From Eledone cirrhosa (lineage: Eukaryota): a stretch of 64,000 nucleotides of DNA. Each line of letters starts with the position of its first letter. Within the stretch, counting starts at the first letter, position 1. The stretch covers positions 281,852,001-281,916,000 of the forward strand of contig OZ024743.1 in NCBI GenBank assembly GCA_964016885.1, in the 5' to 3' direction. The position numbers were made by a program, and so were the translations under genes. A model generated the notes under the pieces. That model searched no databases. It was given only the letters and a program-made list of their open reading frames with translations, and was not told the origin of the DNA. Positions 37,085 through 51,414 of the stretch are shown piece after piece.

Positions 37085-37120
37085 TCTTTACGTTTCGGAG
37101 ACTAGTCCTTCATCAGAAGA
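37085..37120 (-). ncRNA. Minimal hammerhead ribozyme motif (Penelope-type)
   Basis: Minus strand: TCTT-CTGATGA-a-GGA ctagtc TCC-GAAA-CG-TA-AAGA. Confidence 0.6.
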
Positions 37121-37530
37121 TAGAATAAAAAATAAAAGCTGGAATAGAAAGATAAAGAATGAGAAGAAAAATTTGGGGGGAAAAAACACATGTGAAGCAG
37201 AATAGAGAGAAATGCACAATCTTGATGAGGGCCAATGACGCCAAGTCAATTGTAGATTGCTTTTCTCTCTGCAACCACTTGAACAAAAGGATGACGTTAG
37301 TTGTCTAGAAAACACATAGCGTTATGCGGCTGTTTGCTTGCAAATGAATCCAATATTAATAATATTATTATAATATTATTATTCTTCAATCACGAATGCA
37401 TTTACATATCCGCTATGTTAGAGCGAAAACAAATTTTATATATATATATATATATTTGTTTTGCGAGGTTTTTGATATGAAATCGTGTGTCGAAGCAAAT
37501 ATTTCTGGCAATATTATTACAACAATATGA

Positions 37531-37756
37531 GGGCGGTAGATTGGCAGTATCAGTAGAGGGTCGGACACCATGCTTTGCAGCATAGAGTTACGGTCCTTTA
37601 TGATCTGAGTTCAAATCCCGCCGAGGTTGACTTTGCCTTTCATCCTTACGGGGGTCGATAAAATAAAGTACCAGTCACGCACTGGTGTCGATTTTATCGA
37701 CTTTCCTCGTCCCCCCAAAATTGCTGGCCTTGTGCCTATATAAGAAACCATTATTA
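37531..37756 (+). mobile_element. SINE S1 (longer variant) with 18-bp TSD; a minus-strand degenerate copy lies at ~37930-38085
   Basis: TSD ATTATTACAACAATATGA at 37513-37530 and 37750-37767. Confidence 0.88.
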
Positions 37757-37785
37757 CAACAATATGACCCTCTTCAAGTATAACA

Positions 37786-37816
<31 letters not shown>

Positions 37817-38109
37817 CATTTTGCATTTGGTGTTCCACACTTACATTTGTTAGATGGGTTTTTCTCAATACAGTATCTTTCCACCTGTCGTGTTCCATTG
37901 TCAACAATTTTGGAGGAGGAGAATGTCAATTAACCCCAGTGTGTTACTGGCACTATTTTGTTGACCCTGTAAGGATGAAAGGCAATGCTAATCTTGACGG
38001 GATTTGAGTTCAGAACATAAGGGCATATAGCTATATGCTGCAAAGCATGTGGCCCGACACTCTACCAATTCTGCCAATCTACTACTCTTGAATGCTATGA
38101 TCTAGTACA

Positions 38110-39545
38110 AGAATGCCACAAAACATCGCTTGATGCAGTGGCCATACAAGAACATAGATGGAAATTATCTCTCGAGACTGCTACAATCACAGGCCCATCA
38201 TCGCCCTATGCCCTGATTTACTCATCTGTGGATGAAAGAGAAGTTGGTGGCATCGGAATGCTGGTTACATTATCCATTGTGAAAGCAAACAACATTAACA
38301 CCACAACACAACCTAATAGTAGTGATGGGTGGCTTTAATGCTAAAATTAGTCAAGACTTTTTGATACCTCCCCATGTGTCTGTGGCAGACACATATAACA
38401 CAAAGGGACAAATAACAATGAGGAAAGACTCATCAGTTTCTGTGAATCATCTTAAATAGCAACCACTTTAAAGCCCCACAAAAATAGACATTAGTGGATC
38501 TGGCAACACCCAAATGGATGCAGGGCACAACCAGACCATATCTTAATCAAAGGCAAATGGATAACCTCACTTAAATATTGTAGATGTTACTCAAGTTTAG
38601 ATTTGAATTCAGATCGTCAAACGGTGATAGTAAAAATAAAGAACAGCTACAGAATAGCAAAAATAAAGAGCACCTACAGAATAGCAAAACTTAAGAGTGG
38701 GAGCCAAAATGTTGATTGTGCAACCCTGAAAAAAACAGAAGTACAAGAACAATATGCTATTGAAATATCAAATCACTTCCAAGCTCTTACCAGGCTGAAT
38801 AATGACAATGGTGGTGTACAAGAGCATTATGACATAATCATAAATGCTACAAATGAGAAATTCCTAGCAAAGAAAAGAAAAATAACACAATGGACCAGTG
38901 TAAATATTGGAAGGTTTGGTGTAGCTAGCTCCATCAGAATCCAACAAACTATCAAAAATGGACACATGCTACAGAAGAGGCAGAAAAATCAATAGCTTCA
39001 GACAAGCAGAATTACCTAACCTCTATAGGTGAACAAGCAAATGAAGTAGCTAGAATAGGTTGGATTGCTGAAGTCTACAGACTGATTAAAAGAGTTTGCA
39101 ACAAGCAAGAGATATGCTCTGCTTTACTTGTCAACAAAATGGATGGTACAACCCGCTTCAGAAAGAGTGAACTATTAAGTTAGTAGGCTAAATACTTCTC
39201 TAAACTCCTAAATCTGTGTTGACCTGTTGAAACAACAGACATATCACCAGCTGCAGTACTCCACAAATGACTTTACCATGGAAGAGCTGAACAAAGCTCT
39301 CTCCAGTCTCAAACTTGGAAAAGCTAGTTAGACCAGAAGTTCTGAAGTTTGGTGGTTAAGCCCTTCATCAGCCTTTCCTGGACATATACAACAGTGTCTA
39401 CAATGATCATTAACCACCACTGCAATGGAAGCAGAATATCATCATTCCGATACCAAAAAAGCCATCCAGAAGAATGTTGAACTTTAGAGAGATCTCTCTG
39501 ATGCAGCAAAAAACTTACAACAGAATGCTGTTAAACCACATGTTA
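38110..39545 (+). pseudogene. Heavily decayed LINE ORF2 (EN + start of RT), RTE/RTE-X-like
   Basis: AVAIQEHRW, VMGGFNAK, WIWQHPNG..AQPDHILI, LNSDRQTV, EISNHFQAL, IIPIPKK. Confidence 0.6.
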
Positions 39546-40288
39546 AACCAGCTGTGAATGATAACATGGACAGTCAAACACATGGCAACACTAAGAACTT
39601 TAGGACATTCACTAAGAGTAAACAACAGCCAGTATCATGATTTGCTCTCTACCATTCAGTGAATGGTAAGAACAAGTGAGGCTGCCCAAGAAAAAGGACA
39701 TTATATATATATACGTACATACACACCTGTTCTACAGGTGTGTATGTACGTATATATATAACCAACTATTTGCTGTTACCGCTGGCTATAGTATTTATTC
39801 TACTAACATAACTTCACCCTATTCTCCACCCTCACTTTTCACATACATGTTTCTTCTACTTACAATTTCAACCTACCTACAATATAAGAAGACAAAGAAG
39901 AAGTCAAGCTATGGCACAGCTAAAATCAGCAGCCTAATCTTCCTAAAATTGCACTCTATTACATATTAACTTTCATCAAGCTTGAAGATCCTGCAAGGGC
40001 CATGTCTCTCTCTCCTTCTTTTACTTTTGATTACTCCACAAAAACGATTTTCTCACAAATATTTCTAATATAAGTAAAAGGAATAGTCTTTAACAAGAAA
40101 TTAGAGCCAGTTTGGTGGATTTACTACTTGAAAATGTTTACCAAATTAAAAGAAAAACATAAGCAACAAATTTCAAACATGAACATTGTTTTTCTTTTAA
40201 ATTCATTATTTATTTTTAATGAAGATTAAATTGTATGTTTTATCATCATCATCATCATCATGATCATCGCCATCATCATCACCATCAC

Positions 40289-40331
<43 letters not shown>

Positions 40332-40334
40332 GTT

Positions 40335-40680
40335 ATTTGAAAAAGGAAAATCAGGGTAGAGAGGGAAGTGCTTTCTTCACAGCATTTTGTTGAAAGATGG
40401 GTGAGAGAGGCTAGAATGGCCCAAGTGAATGAGCCTACTCTGAGTATATGCCTGTAAACTGAAGGTGGAAAACTGGGAGAGGGCACTTTCCCTGGTGGTC
40501 AGGGTCACCGTGGATTTTTTTAATGGGCTTTCTCCATTTGGGAAATTTTTCATTGTTCTTTTTGTTACATCCTCTGTTTTTTTTTTTTACACGCAGAAAT
40601 GCCCATTTGTACCGTCCTGTATTGTCCTGTACTGTCCTTAATGTCTACTTTGTGTAAACCCTTGTGGTTAATAAAGAATG

Positions 40681-40681
<1 letters not shown>
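40335..40681 (+). mobile_element. Short 3' fragment of Tx1 subfamily A
   Basis: LKRKIRVEREVLSSQHFVERW plus 3' UTR; lies between two (ATT)n tracts. Confidence 0.9.
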
Positions 40682-40735
<54 letters not shown>

Positions 40736-43700
40736 GGCGACCTACGTAGTAAATCGTATCATCGTAAGCTCCGCAAAGGTTTGTTATTTTCAGTTGTTTA
40801 AAATTGCCATTCATGGAAAATTTTTATTGTTAACTGTATATAAGTGCACATACATTGTTATCTGAAAAGGACACCCAAAAAGATTGGGGTATTGAGCCCA
40901 AAATTTAAACTTTTATAATTATCAAACAAAACTTTTTCTTTGAAAAATCATGGATGACAAAGTGTCACTCCTTCCTCACAAACTAACACCTCACACTGAC
41001 ACCACCATTGTAAATATTACTACGTTTGCTAACACTAAAAATATAAGCAGTAGCAATATTTTAAATTTGTCTCAGGCAGACATTCATTTCCCGCCATTAC
41101 CAATGACTGCAGGTGTTAAAGCCGCCACCACCACCACCACCGCGACAACCCCCACCCCTACCACCACCGCGACAACAGAAACAAAAGAAAAAAATAAATT
41201 AACTCGTGATGTCGAAATGAATTCAACCAAAATGAACTCTTCCACACCGAACACCACTGACGCCACCACCACCACAACTGAAACTAAAATTAATAATAAC
41301 AAAAATGACGATAACAACAACAGCAACAATGACATTAAGAAAACCACCCTGAGTTTTGCCAGAGTAGCAAAAGAGTGCGAAGCATTTCAGGTAACTCAGG
41401 AGGAATTAGAAGAAGCCTAAAAAATGGTAAAGAAAGATGGGTACATGGTCAGCCTCACCCCCCACCTAATAAAATGGAGCATCGGCGCCTATGCACCGTG
41501 TCTTATCGAACAATTAATATAAATTCGCGCCGAGTGGAACGGGCATCCGAGTCCCAAATCCAAAAAGCTTTGCGACATGTGTGGGCAAAAAAAACCCATA
41601 TCAGACGTGGGCAAAAATATGGAACCGTGGACGTGTTCTTTGAAACACCACAGGAGGCTAGAGAACACTCCATGGCCCCATTAAGAAGTGACGACTTCAC
41701 ACTCGTCCCAAGCTATTGTGGCCAGAGACTCGTAAAGATCAGGGTGACCCACGTTCCACCGGCCATCGAAATTCCCTGCCTAATAGCTGCCGTCCTCGCC
41801 GGCATCGAAGCCAACACCAAGATAATAGCAATAGCGAAAGAAAAGCAGGAGAACTGGTCCGGATCAGGGATGGAGCTCCTGATCCAAGCGGACCGAAAAA
41901 GCATTGAGGAGATCCCAGAGGTAATAGACCTCACTGACGGCAGCCACCTCACCGTAATTGTCGAGGGCAGAAGGCCTAGCTGTGTCGTTTGTGGTGAAGG
42001 AACCCACCTAAGGGCTTTCTGCCCTCAGGCTAAAAGGTTGAGGCCACTTCTCCTACCCACCCCAGTGACTCAACCATCAACACCACCAGCAGCAGAGATG
42101 GCAGCAACAACTGTAGCAGCAACAACAGAAGCAACTGTAACAGCAACAACCCCAGCAAAAGTAGCAAAACCAACACCACCACCACCCAACGCGTCAGAAC
42201 TAGCACTAGCGCCTACACCATCCACCATGCCACAACCAAAACCAACGCCTGTGGAGGATTTTCCACTCCCCGGCCTATCACAACTGGAGACAGATTGTGA
42301 CGGCGAGGAGTGGGAAACGGTATCAGGAAAAAAGAAAAAAGAAACCAAAAAAGAAAAAATTCTCTTCCCTCCCCCTCCAAAAACAAAATACAGAGGGAAA
42401 CAAATAAACTATCAAACAAAAAAGTTAGGACAGATATGCCACCATCCACACCAGCATCACCAACCCCATCACCACAAACACCAACACCATCACCATCATT
42501 AACCCCAACACCATCATCACCAACACCACAAAAGTCACCAAAAAGCGAAACAGAAACAAACCCACAACAAACGCAAACAAAACAAAACAACCAAAACGAT
42601 ACACACTACACAGCATTACATTTGAACAACTAACTATTACACTACATCCAACACAACACCAGCATCACAGAAAAAGACTACACAACAACCCAAAAGTTCA
42701 CACCACCTCCACACATACAAATCACTCGCATCACACAGAAAACGTACACGACACTAAAACAAAAGTTCCCCTAAGACATTGGAGACTTCCGACAAACACT
42801 CTCCAGGAGGATTTATAAGGACATCCTTCCGGAGGAGGCCACAAGCAGTGAAAAGGATGGACAAACCGTCCTTCCTCTACGAGAAGTAAGGTAAGTGGTC
42901 TTTCCCATCTTTTCCACTCCATTTCAACATGACCTCACTTAGAATAGGCAGCATAAATGCGCGTGGCTTGGGGTCGTCATGGAAGCAGGGCCACCTGCTC
43001 AACGACCTCAGGTCACTAAACATAGATGTAGTGGCCATCAGCGAGACCAAAATCTCCGAAGCACGGGCCTTCGCACCGATCTTCGGCGGCTACGATGTGT
43101 ACGCATCTCCCAGCTGTCCGGGATCGGGGTAAGGAGTTGCTGTGCTTTTTCGGAGAGGTTTGGTTCTTGCCATACGAGCCATCTTCCTGGACCCAGAAGG
43201 TAAGTTGGTGGTGCTAGACGTGACCAGCGGAGATGGGCAAGCTTTCAGGCTAGTGGCCGTCTATGACCCGACAGGATCAGGGCGGCCTGATTTCTTCCGG
43301 CGTCTGGAGACCTTTCTTGGAACGTCCCGCTCTTTAGTGTTAGTGGGCGACTGGAACGGAATCTTAGATGCACGCTGGGACTGTGTGGAATTAGCAGATA
43401 GGGGAGGAGGGTGCAAGAGCCTCACCAACCTGCTCAGGCGTTTTGAACTGTCTGACAGGTACCGATTGGATTTCCCGAATGTGCCAATGTGGACTTGGAC
43501 AAATCGCATAGGGTCATCCAGATCATATCTAGATAGAGTATTTTGTAGGGAAATAGATAGGTCTAAAGACCGGATTAGCGAACTAGCTAAGCGGGCATTG
43601 ACGGGGGCCATCGTCAACAACATGTGGTGGTTTGCTCTGAAAAGAGCAATTAGAATAGAGTCCATTAGGTTTAGTAATGCTTTAGCAATAGAGAAAAATA

Positions 43701-46404
43701 GAGCAGAAGGAGAATTAGTTAGAAAATTAGACGAGGCGCTTAGCAAAGGCATCGCGACCGACGTACTTGCGGCGAAATTGGCCCTTGATCAATTCTTCAA
43801 TGCAAAGCACGAAGGCTGTGTTGTCAGAGCTAGGGTGCGTGCTCTCAGGCACGAGGGGACGAAAGCCGTTCAATGGGCTCGAGTGGCGGAGGCGCGCCGT
43901 GGCAACAAAGCCACGATCCGGTTTGGTGGACCACGACGGGTGCATGCTACTCAATCCCGAGCAAATGTGTGAAGCTTTTCAGCGACACTTCGCACAGCTG
44001 TACGGGGGCAGCGGCGGGCCGGATCGAGGGATGGACTTTAATGTCTACCTCGACGGACTGCCGCGGCTCTCGCCCACTGAGGCCGAGTGTTGTGAAAAGC
44101 CGATAACAGCCGCTGAAGTACGGGAGGCAATGACTGGCTGCACAAGGGGTAAATCGCCTGGTTTGGATGGTCTGTCCTATGAACTTTACGTACAGATGCC
44201 AGACTTGTTCGGAGGCCTCTTGGTGGACGTCTACTGCAACTGGCAACAGAACGGGAGAATTCCCAGCTCTGTGAGCCGAGGAGCTGTGGCGTTGCTTAGA
44301 AAGGATCCGAACAAGTTGGATAACATAGATAATTTCAGGCCCATAACTCTACTAAACACAGAGTTCAAGATTTTGGCCAAGGTGCTAGCAAAGAGGTTGG
44401 CGCTTGTCGTTGGTGGTCTGGTGGGAGAGGCGCAAACGTGCGCCATTCCCGAAAGATCCATCCACGTCAACCTCCACCTCATGCGATACATCGTAGAGAG
44501 GGGTAGCTAGGGAACCTGGCACGGGTGGGTCCTTGATCAATTTAGATCAGTCGAAAGCTTTCGCAGGGTCGACCATCGTTACCTAGCGGAAGTCCTGAGG
44601 GCGGCTGGCTTTGGACCCGTCTTCAGAGGCTGGATCGCTGCAATGCACAGCGACATCTGCTCTGTGGTGAGAGTGAACGGTCACCTTTCGGAACCGTTCA
44701 ACATCATGCGCTCGGTCCGCCAAGGATGTCCCCTCTCGTCCCTCTTGTACGTATTGACTCTCGAGCCATTATTGCACAAACTGGAGACGTTGAGGGGGAT
44801 CCCGCGCGAACTAGGATGCGGAAGATCCGTGTCAGCATATGCAGACGATGTCACCGTAGTGGTGTCGAACGCCAAACACATCGAGGCGATCGGCACTACA
44901 CTAAGAGAAGACGAAGCGGTGACAGGAGCAATGATCAACCAGGAAAAGTCAGTGGGCCTGCAACTCGGCACCTGGAGAGGCAGGTCCATGCTATCCAACC
45001 ACGTCGTCGGGCGCTGGACGGACGGACCGGTTAAATTGCTAGGGGTCTGGTTCGGTCCGGACCTCCAGACGGACAAAAACTGGGACGAGGTGACGAGCAG
45101 GGTGGCTTCTCTCACCCAGAAATGGGCGGAGAGGAAGCTATCCCTGAAAGGTCGAGCGGAGGAGGCCAACGCATACATCGCGTCCGTCATCTACTACCGC
45201 CTGACCGTCGTACCTTGTCCTAAGCCCCGCCTGACTGCGCTAGAGCGTTTTCTCTTTCGCTTTTTGTGGAAGGGACGCGCTCCGATGGTCAGGCGGTCCA
45301 TCTGCTGTCAACACCCGCTACGTGGAGGGCTAGGCATGCCATGGCTGATGATGCGCAGACATGCACTCAGACTACGACTGTGATCAGGTGTGGTCGCTGT
45401 TTGCTAGACACGTCTTTCCCCAGCTCGTCTCCTTGACGGAGCTGCAGTCCTGGGTCAAGCGAAGACTGAGAGGGAGCGCTTGGAGACTGGAATGTCTTCA
45501 GGCGCTCACAGCCCTCGACCAATCGGGCAATGTGATCGGTGGAAACTCCACCTTGGCGTTCTATAGAGTGGAGGGGAAGAGCGACGATGTACTTGGAGAA
45601 ACTCTAGGCGTCGACGAAAATCAACTAGCCAATCTCTTCGGAAGGACTTTCGGGCCGGAGCCTATGGACAACTTCCAGAAATCCCTGGCCTGGCAGTGCT
45701 ACCGAGGAGCTTTGCCAGTTCGGGATAAACTCTACAGGCATGGAGGTGCCGTCAGTCGGGCATGTCCGAGATGTGCGCAGGGTGACGAAACCGTCCTGCA
45801 CGCACTCGTGCCGTGTCCGAGCATTGCTGACTTGTGGGTTTATGTCGAACACCTGCTGTCACGTGTAAGACAAATCCAGCTATCAGCTGAGTCCATCGTG
45901 AGAATTGCCCCGCCCTCTTCCTTCAGCCGGGAAGGGCAGGCAGTTTTTATCTGTCTGGTGGCCATGGCGAAAGAGATAGTATGGTGGACACGTTTGAAAG
46001 GGCTGAAGAGGAGCACTTACCTCTTCGGTGATGCCCTGATTAACTTTTTAAAATTTCATTTGAAAAGGAAAATCAGGGTAGAGAGGGAAGTGCTCTCTTC
46101 CCAGCATTTTGTTGAAAGATGGGTGAGAGAAGCAAGTACGGCCCGAGTGAATGGGCCTACTCTGAGTATGTGTCTTTAAATTAAAGGTGGAAAACTGGGA
46201 GAGGGCACTTGCCCTGGTGGTCAGGGTCACTGTGGCCTTTTAATGGGCTTTCTCCACAAATGTCCTTCGGAAGTCTCCCCCTTATTGGGGAATTTTTCAT
46301 TGTTATTTTTATTACATCCTCTGTTTTTTTTACACGCAGAAATGCCAATTTGTACCGTCCTTAATGTCTACTTTGTGTAAACCCTTGTGGTTAATAAAGA
46401 AAGC
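40736..46404 (+). mobile_element. Near full-length Tx1 LINE, subfamily A, copy 2 (ORF1 ~40950-42894, ORF2 42929-46179, disrupted)
   Basis: CVVCGEGTHLRAFC knuckle; SINARGL, AISET, GDWN, RQGCPLS, AYADD, CPRC..H..C; ATT on both sides. Confidence 0.93.
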
Positions 46405-46435
46405 ATTATTATTATTATTATTATCATTATTATTA

Positions 46436-46608
46436 TAGGGTCGGACGCCATGCTTTGACGCATAGAGTTTCAGCCCTTGCCATTCTGAGTTCAAATCCCG
46501 CCGAGGTTAACTTTGCCTTTCATCCTTACAAGGTCGATAAAATAAAGTACCAGTAATGCACTGGGTAATTGCTGGCCTTGTGCAAAAAGTAGAAACAATT
46601 ATTATTAT
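46436..46608 (+). mobile_element. 5'-truncated SINE S1 in the Tx1 (ATT)n tail
   Basis: S1 body flanked by ATT repeats. Confidence 0.88.
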
Positions 46609-46889
46609 TTTTATTCCTTGATGTTTTCCTAAAACGAAGTAGTCTTGAAAGAAACCATTTACATTTCACAGTCACTCCCATAAAAAAATGAGGTTCAGAA
46701 TCTGATACTGATATTGAAGTTTTGAGCAATGTTAAGAGATTAACTATTTAACAGCATTGAAGACATTCTGTCAATAGTTATGGTGGTGTTGATGTTGGGG
46801 GTGATGGTGGTGCCAATAAAACTAAGGATGGTAGCAGTAATTGTATATGTATATGTATATGTATATCTATCTATCTATCTATCTATCTA

Positions 46890-46929
<40 letters not shown>

Positions 46930-47057
46930 GTAATAAGAATATTTATATTATATATGTTTTATATAACTATAAATATGTAGGATAGTACTAAGTAGTAGCT
47001 GGTTACCGTACAACAAAAGGCTCAATGCAAATTTTCAAGTGTTTTACAGAGCCGAGA

Positions 47058-47534
47058 TACAAAGTGTTAAAACGATCAAATTTTAGTTTAGAACATTTAT
47101 TTGCTGACAATTGTTTCTGGAATCATCGGAGCATAAGGAATGTCGAAACATGTAACTAAAATCCTAGTCATTTAGAACATTTAGGGTACATAATTGTTAT
47201 TAGTGTCAAAGGCATCATGTGGAGAGTCAGGAGTTAAAAATCTTTCCTCATACATGCCTTATTGACTGTATTGACTCCTGCATTGTACACCAATTGTCTT
47301 TGCTTATAACTTCTTTCCCTGTGTTTTTTTTGCTTGTGATTTTTTTTGCTTGTGCTTTTTACTTTTACTTATACCTATTACACTTCCAACCAGTGCTGCC
47401 TGTAATTGTGTTATTTCAAGCAGAACATCTTTTTAACTCCTGACTCTCCGATGATTCCAGACTTCCCTCTGGAAGAAACAATTGTCAGCAAATAAATGTT
47501 CTAAACTAAAATTTGATCGTTTTAAAACTTTGTA
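47058..47534. mobile_element. ~475-bp MITE with ~70-bp TIRs and TA ends (Tc1/mariner-like)
   Basis: 'tacaaagtgttaaaacgatcaaattttagtttagaacatttatttgctgacaattgtttc' is inverted at 47474-47534. Confidence 0.75.
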
Positions 47535-47627
47535 TATATATATATATATATATAATGAAGGAAAAGTGGTAAGGAACCAGGTGGACCATAACACACCAGA
47601 GTACTTGATACTTTGGGTAGTAGAGTG

Positions 47628-47673
<46 letters not shown>

Positions 47674-47674
47674 T

Positions 47675-47717
<43 letters not shown>

Positions 47718-47718
47718 T

Positions 47719-47759
<41 letters not shown>

Positions 47760-47774
47760 TATATATATATATCA

Positions 47775-48859
47775 CTATCATCATCATCGTTGTTTAACTT
47801 CCACGTTTAACTTCCGTCTATCTTCCACGCTAGTATGGGTTAGACGGATTTGTGGCACTTGAGGCAAGTTGGGTCGGGTGACCATGTCTTGCTTGTATAG
47901 GACTGTTTCTGGCTGGTTTTCTATGGCTGAATGCTCTTCCTAACGCCAACCACTTTTACAGTGTGGACTGGGTGCTTTTAGTCATCACACCTACACAACC
48001 ACTTTACAGTGTGGGCTAGATGTTTTGTGGTATCAACATAAATTTACAAAGAAAGGGTGGTGTGAGCCGAAGTGGGAGGAAGGTATAGAGGGTGTGGCAT
48101 GTATATTGGATTAAGTGCCTACTGAGTGTAGGTTTAAGTTTGTATGCAAGGGAAGGTGGGTTTTATGTATTACTGCATAGTGCCAAAGATCTCGATCCTG
48201 TGACATTGTCTTAGAGAGGTACAAGTGTGTAAGGTCAGCTTTTATCACCTCATTCCAGGTCCTTCTGGGTCTACCTACTCCATAGCTTCCATCAATTTTG
48301 ATCGTCCTGCACTTTTTATACAGCTGTCATCCTTCATACGCATCACATGACCATACCAACGTAATCTCCTCTCTAGTAAACTGCATCTGATCCCTCTTAT
48401 GCCTAATTTCTCACTTAGTTTATGCTTTGCTGTTCATGTATATTACTATTACACAGCCATCAGAGCATGCATGCTTCATTCCTTTCCAATCTGCACAGAT
48501 CCTCTGCACACAATGCCCAGGTCTCACTACCATGTAACATTGTTGTTCATATACAAGCATCATACAATCTGCCTCTCACTTTTAGAGATAAACTTTTGGT
48601 GGCCAACAGCGGTATTAGCTCTCTGAACTTTTCCATCCATTCTAACTCTGGCTACTGTACTTTCAGAACACCCTCCTCCACTGCTGATTTTGTCACCCAG
48701 GTAACGGAAAGTGTCTACTATTTCTATAGAACCATCTGGGCAGTTGAAGGAGCTAGTATCCAGTGTGCACTTGCTACTTACTGCACCTGAGCATCGGCCA
48801 CATATATAACCTACATTCTTTGATAGTTTACCTGTGATCCCACTACATCTTTTATGTAC

Positions 48860-48862
<3 letters not shown>
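47775..48862 (-). mobile_element. RTE LINE 3' portion
   Basis: WVHKRCSGITGKL..YICGRC, FRYLGDKISSGGGC; RTE 3' UTR and (GAT)n. Confidence 0.85.
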
Positions 48863-48910
<48 letters not shown>

Positions 48911-49299
48911 TATATTTATAAAATGACAACAGAAGGCAGGACTGGAAAATATGCTGTAGAATTTTAATTCTGTGAAATCACTATACATATTACAATAGCA
49001 CAGCTCTACCATTTATTTACGATGTAAGACAGGACAATCTCATCAGGTAACATTGACAGAATCACAAAACAGTGTTATGTTGAACCCAAACTCATTGTTC
49101 AAGATAGAGAAAAGAGAATAGGAAAATGAAAAACGAAAAATGAAAATTAGAATTATGGTAGTGGTGGAGGCTAGGGTGTATGTATATCTTACATTTGAGT
49201 CTCTTGTTCAATATGCCCCTGTTAAGTTTCCATCTATCCCCACTCCATTTCTCTGATACCCTCTTAATTCTATGTCACTCAACTCTAGTTTTCAAAGAT

Positions 49300-49890
49300 C
49301 CCATTAGATTACAGAGGTGGATACTCTATCAAGAGCTTTCTTCAGATCAATGAATGCTAGATAAAGAGAGGCTTGCTTTTAACTAAGTACCTTACTTGCA
49401 GTTGTCTCACAAGGAAGATAGCATTGGTAGTCAAAACTAAACTGCATCTCATCCAGATTAATCCTATCTCCAATCAGTTGTTACCCTTTACAGTAACTTT
49501 CATGACTTAGTCCATTAATTTGATGCCTCTATAGTTTTCTCTGTCCAATGTATTTCCTTTGCCCTTGTAACAGTTGACAATGCTACTGTTACACCAATCA
49601 TTGTGTGTGACTCCATTCTGAATGCCTGGTTTAATATTTGTGTAACAAGCATGTGAAACCCCACCCCCACCCCCACCCATCCTAGATGGTTTCAGCATCT
49701 CAGCAACTATATCAGATGGTCCAGCTGCCTTGCCCATCTTCACATCCTTCATTGCCTTATCTACCAAAATGATGTTAACCTGGATAGCCAGTCTCTCTGT
49801 TGGATCTACTTGGAGTAGTCAATTCTCTCCTCCCATGTATTTTCTTTAGTCCACTGTCTCTCATAATGGCACTTCCATGTTCCTTTCTTT
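49300..49890 (-). mobile_element. RTE RT-domain fragment
   Basis: KMGKAAGPSDIVAEML, YKGKGNTLDRENYRGIKL, LAFIDLKKALDRV. Confidence 0.8.
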
Positions 49891-50093
49891 TCAGCTGACT
49901 GCCTCAAGGTGTCAGGTATTGTCAATGATTTTTCAAAGATAAAGGAAGTACTACAATGTTTGCCTATAGGAAGAATGCTTGCATCCTTTTACATAACCAA
50001 CCTCCAATAAGCAGATATACACGAGGGTTTCCAACTCTAGAAATCACGTACCTGAAATGAAAATCAAAGAATCTTTAAACCTTTCATTATCAT

Positions 50094-50601
50094 GTGGATT
50101 GGTAGTATCGGTAGAGGGTCGGACGCCATGCTTTCCAGCATAGTTACGTCCCTTTACGATCTGAGTTCAAATCCCGCCGAGGTTGACTTTGCCTTTCATC
50201 CTTACGGGGTCGATAAAATAAAGTACCAGTAATGCACTGGGTAATTGCTGGCCTTGTGCCAAAAAGTAGAAACAATTATCATATTTCTAATGAAAGACAC
50301 TACCTATGATTTTCAAATAATTTTGAAAATATTAATTCTGAACACCATGTATCACACAAAACCACATTAGCAAAACTTTCAAAAGTACAAAACAGTATTA
50401 TGACTGCATCATATTAAGCGGTGAATTGGCGGTATCAGTAGAGGGTCGGACATGCTTTCCAGCATAGTTACGTCCCTTTACGATCTGAGTTCAAATCCCG
50501 CCGAGGTTAACTTTGCCTTTCATCCTTATGGGGTCGATAAAATAAAGTACCAGTAATGTACTGGGTAATTGCTGGCCTTGTGCCAAAAAGTAGAAACAAT
50601 T
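50094..50601 (+). mobile_element. Two SINE S1 copies (50094-50279, 50417-50601) nested in a piggyBac-like element
   Basis: S1 consensus; first copy has TSD ATTATCAT (50086-50093 / 50275-50282). Confidence 0.85.
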
Positions 50602-51414
50602 AAAAATTAAAGCCCTTAGTTTACTGCAAATTCTCATAACAAACTGTGAACTATTAACATTTGGATTAAGAAACTTATTTTTAGATATTTTCTGCTAAAT
50701 CAGCACAGGATGTTAAAAGTTATAGAATTTGCAAGGATTTAGTAATATAATTATATAATTAATTTTCCCATTATGAAGCTGGTGTTTGGAACATAAGGTT
50801 TTTAGATAATTACAATGATAGGTTGAAAAGTTCATAGGCTGACTATGAAGGAGTGATGCTAGAGCTATGAAATCTTGCATGCATTAATTTCAACTCTTCC
50901 TATTAATAAATACATTGTTTCTTACCAGGGATTGTGTTGACAAATAAACCTCATATGGTCATTCCATGAGAGTATCTTGGTCAGCCTATGAACTTTTCAG
51001 CTAACCCTCATATAAAAAGTTTTGTATCATAGAACCAAGGGTAGTTTCAGGTATTTTGTTATCAAAAGTGTTAATTAAGTTTATCACTGTAACTGTCATG
51101 TGTTCCTGAAAAATATGACGGTTATAAGGATCCAATTTAACTCACCAATAATTATTAATTTTTAGAATAAATTCATTAAGAATGATTAATTGAAAATGCA
51201 TATGGTTTTGTTGAAAGAGAAGAAGAAACATTATTTATGAGTAAGTTAAATTAAAAAAATTTCAACAAAATTAAAATAAATATAAAATAAAATTTAATTA
51301 AATATTACAATTTTTTTTATAAATTAAGAAAATTTCCCTGCTGTGCCCCACTTCCAGTTGAAGAAATATTTTCTGACAAATGGGTAAAACGCAAGTCTTC
51401 AGTATTGTTCTCTC

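Noticed and set aside
40335-46608. Segmental duplication of 12728-19923
   Set aside because: Truncation points, SINE position, internal deletions and outer flanks differ, so independent insertions are more likely.
50002-50051. Possible minus-strand 50-bp exon (ttttcatttcag|...GAG|gttggt; YVISRVGNPRVYLLIG)
   Set aside because: Too short to assign, weak donor and no supporting homology.
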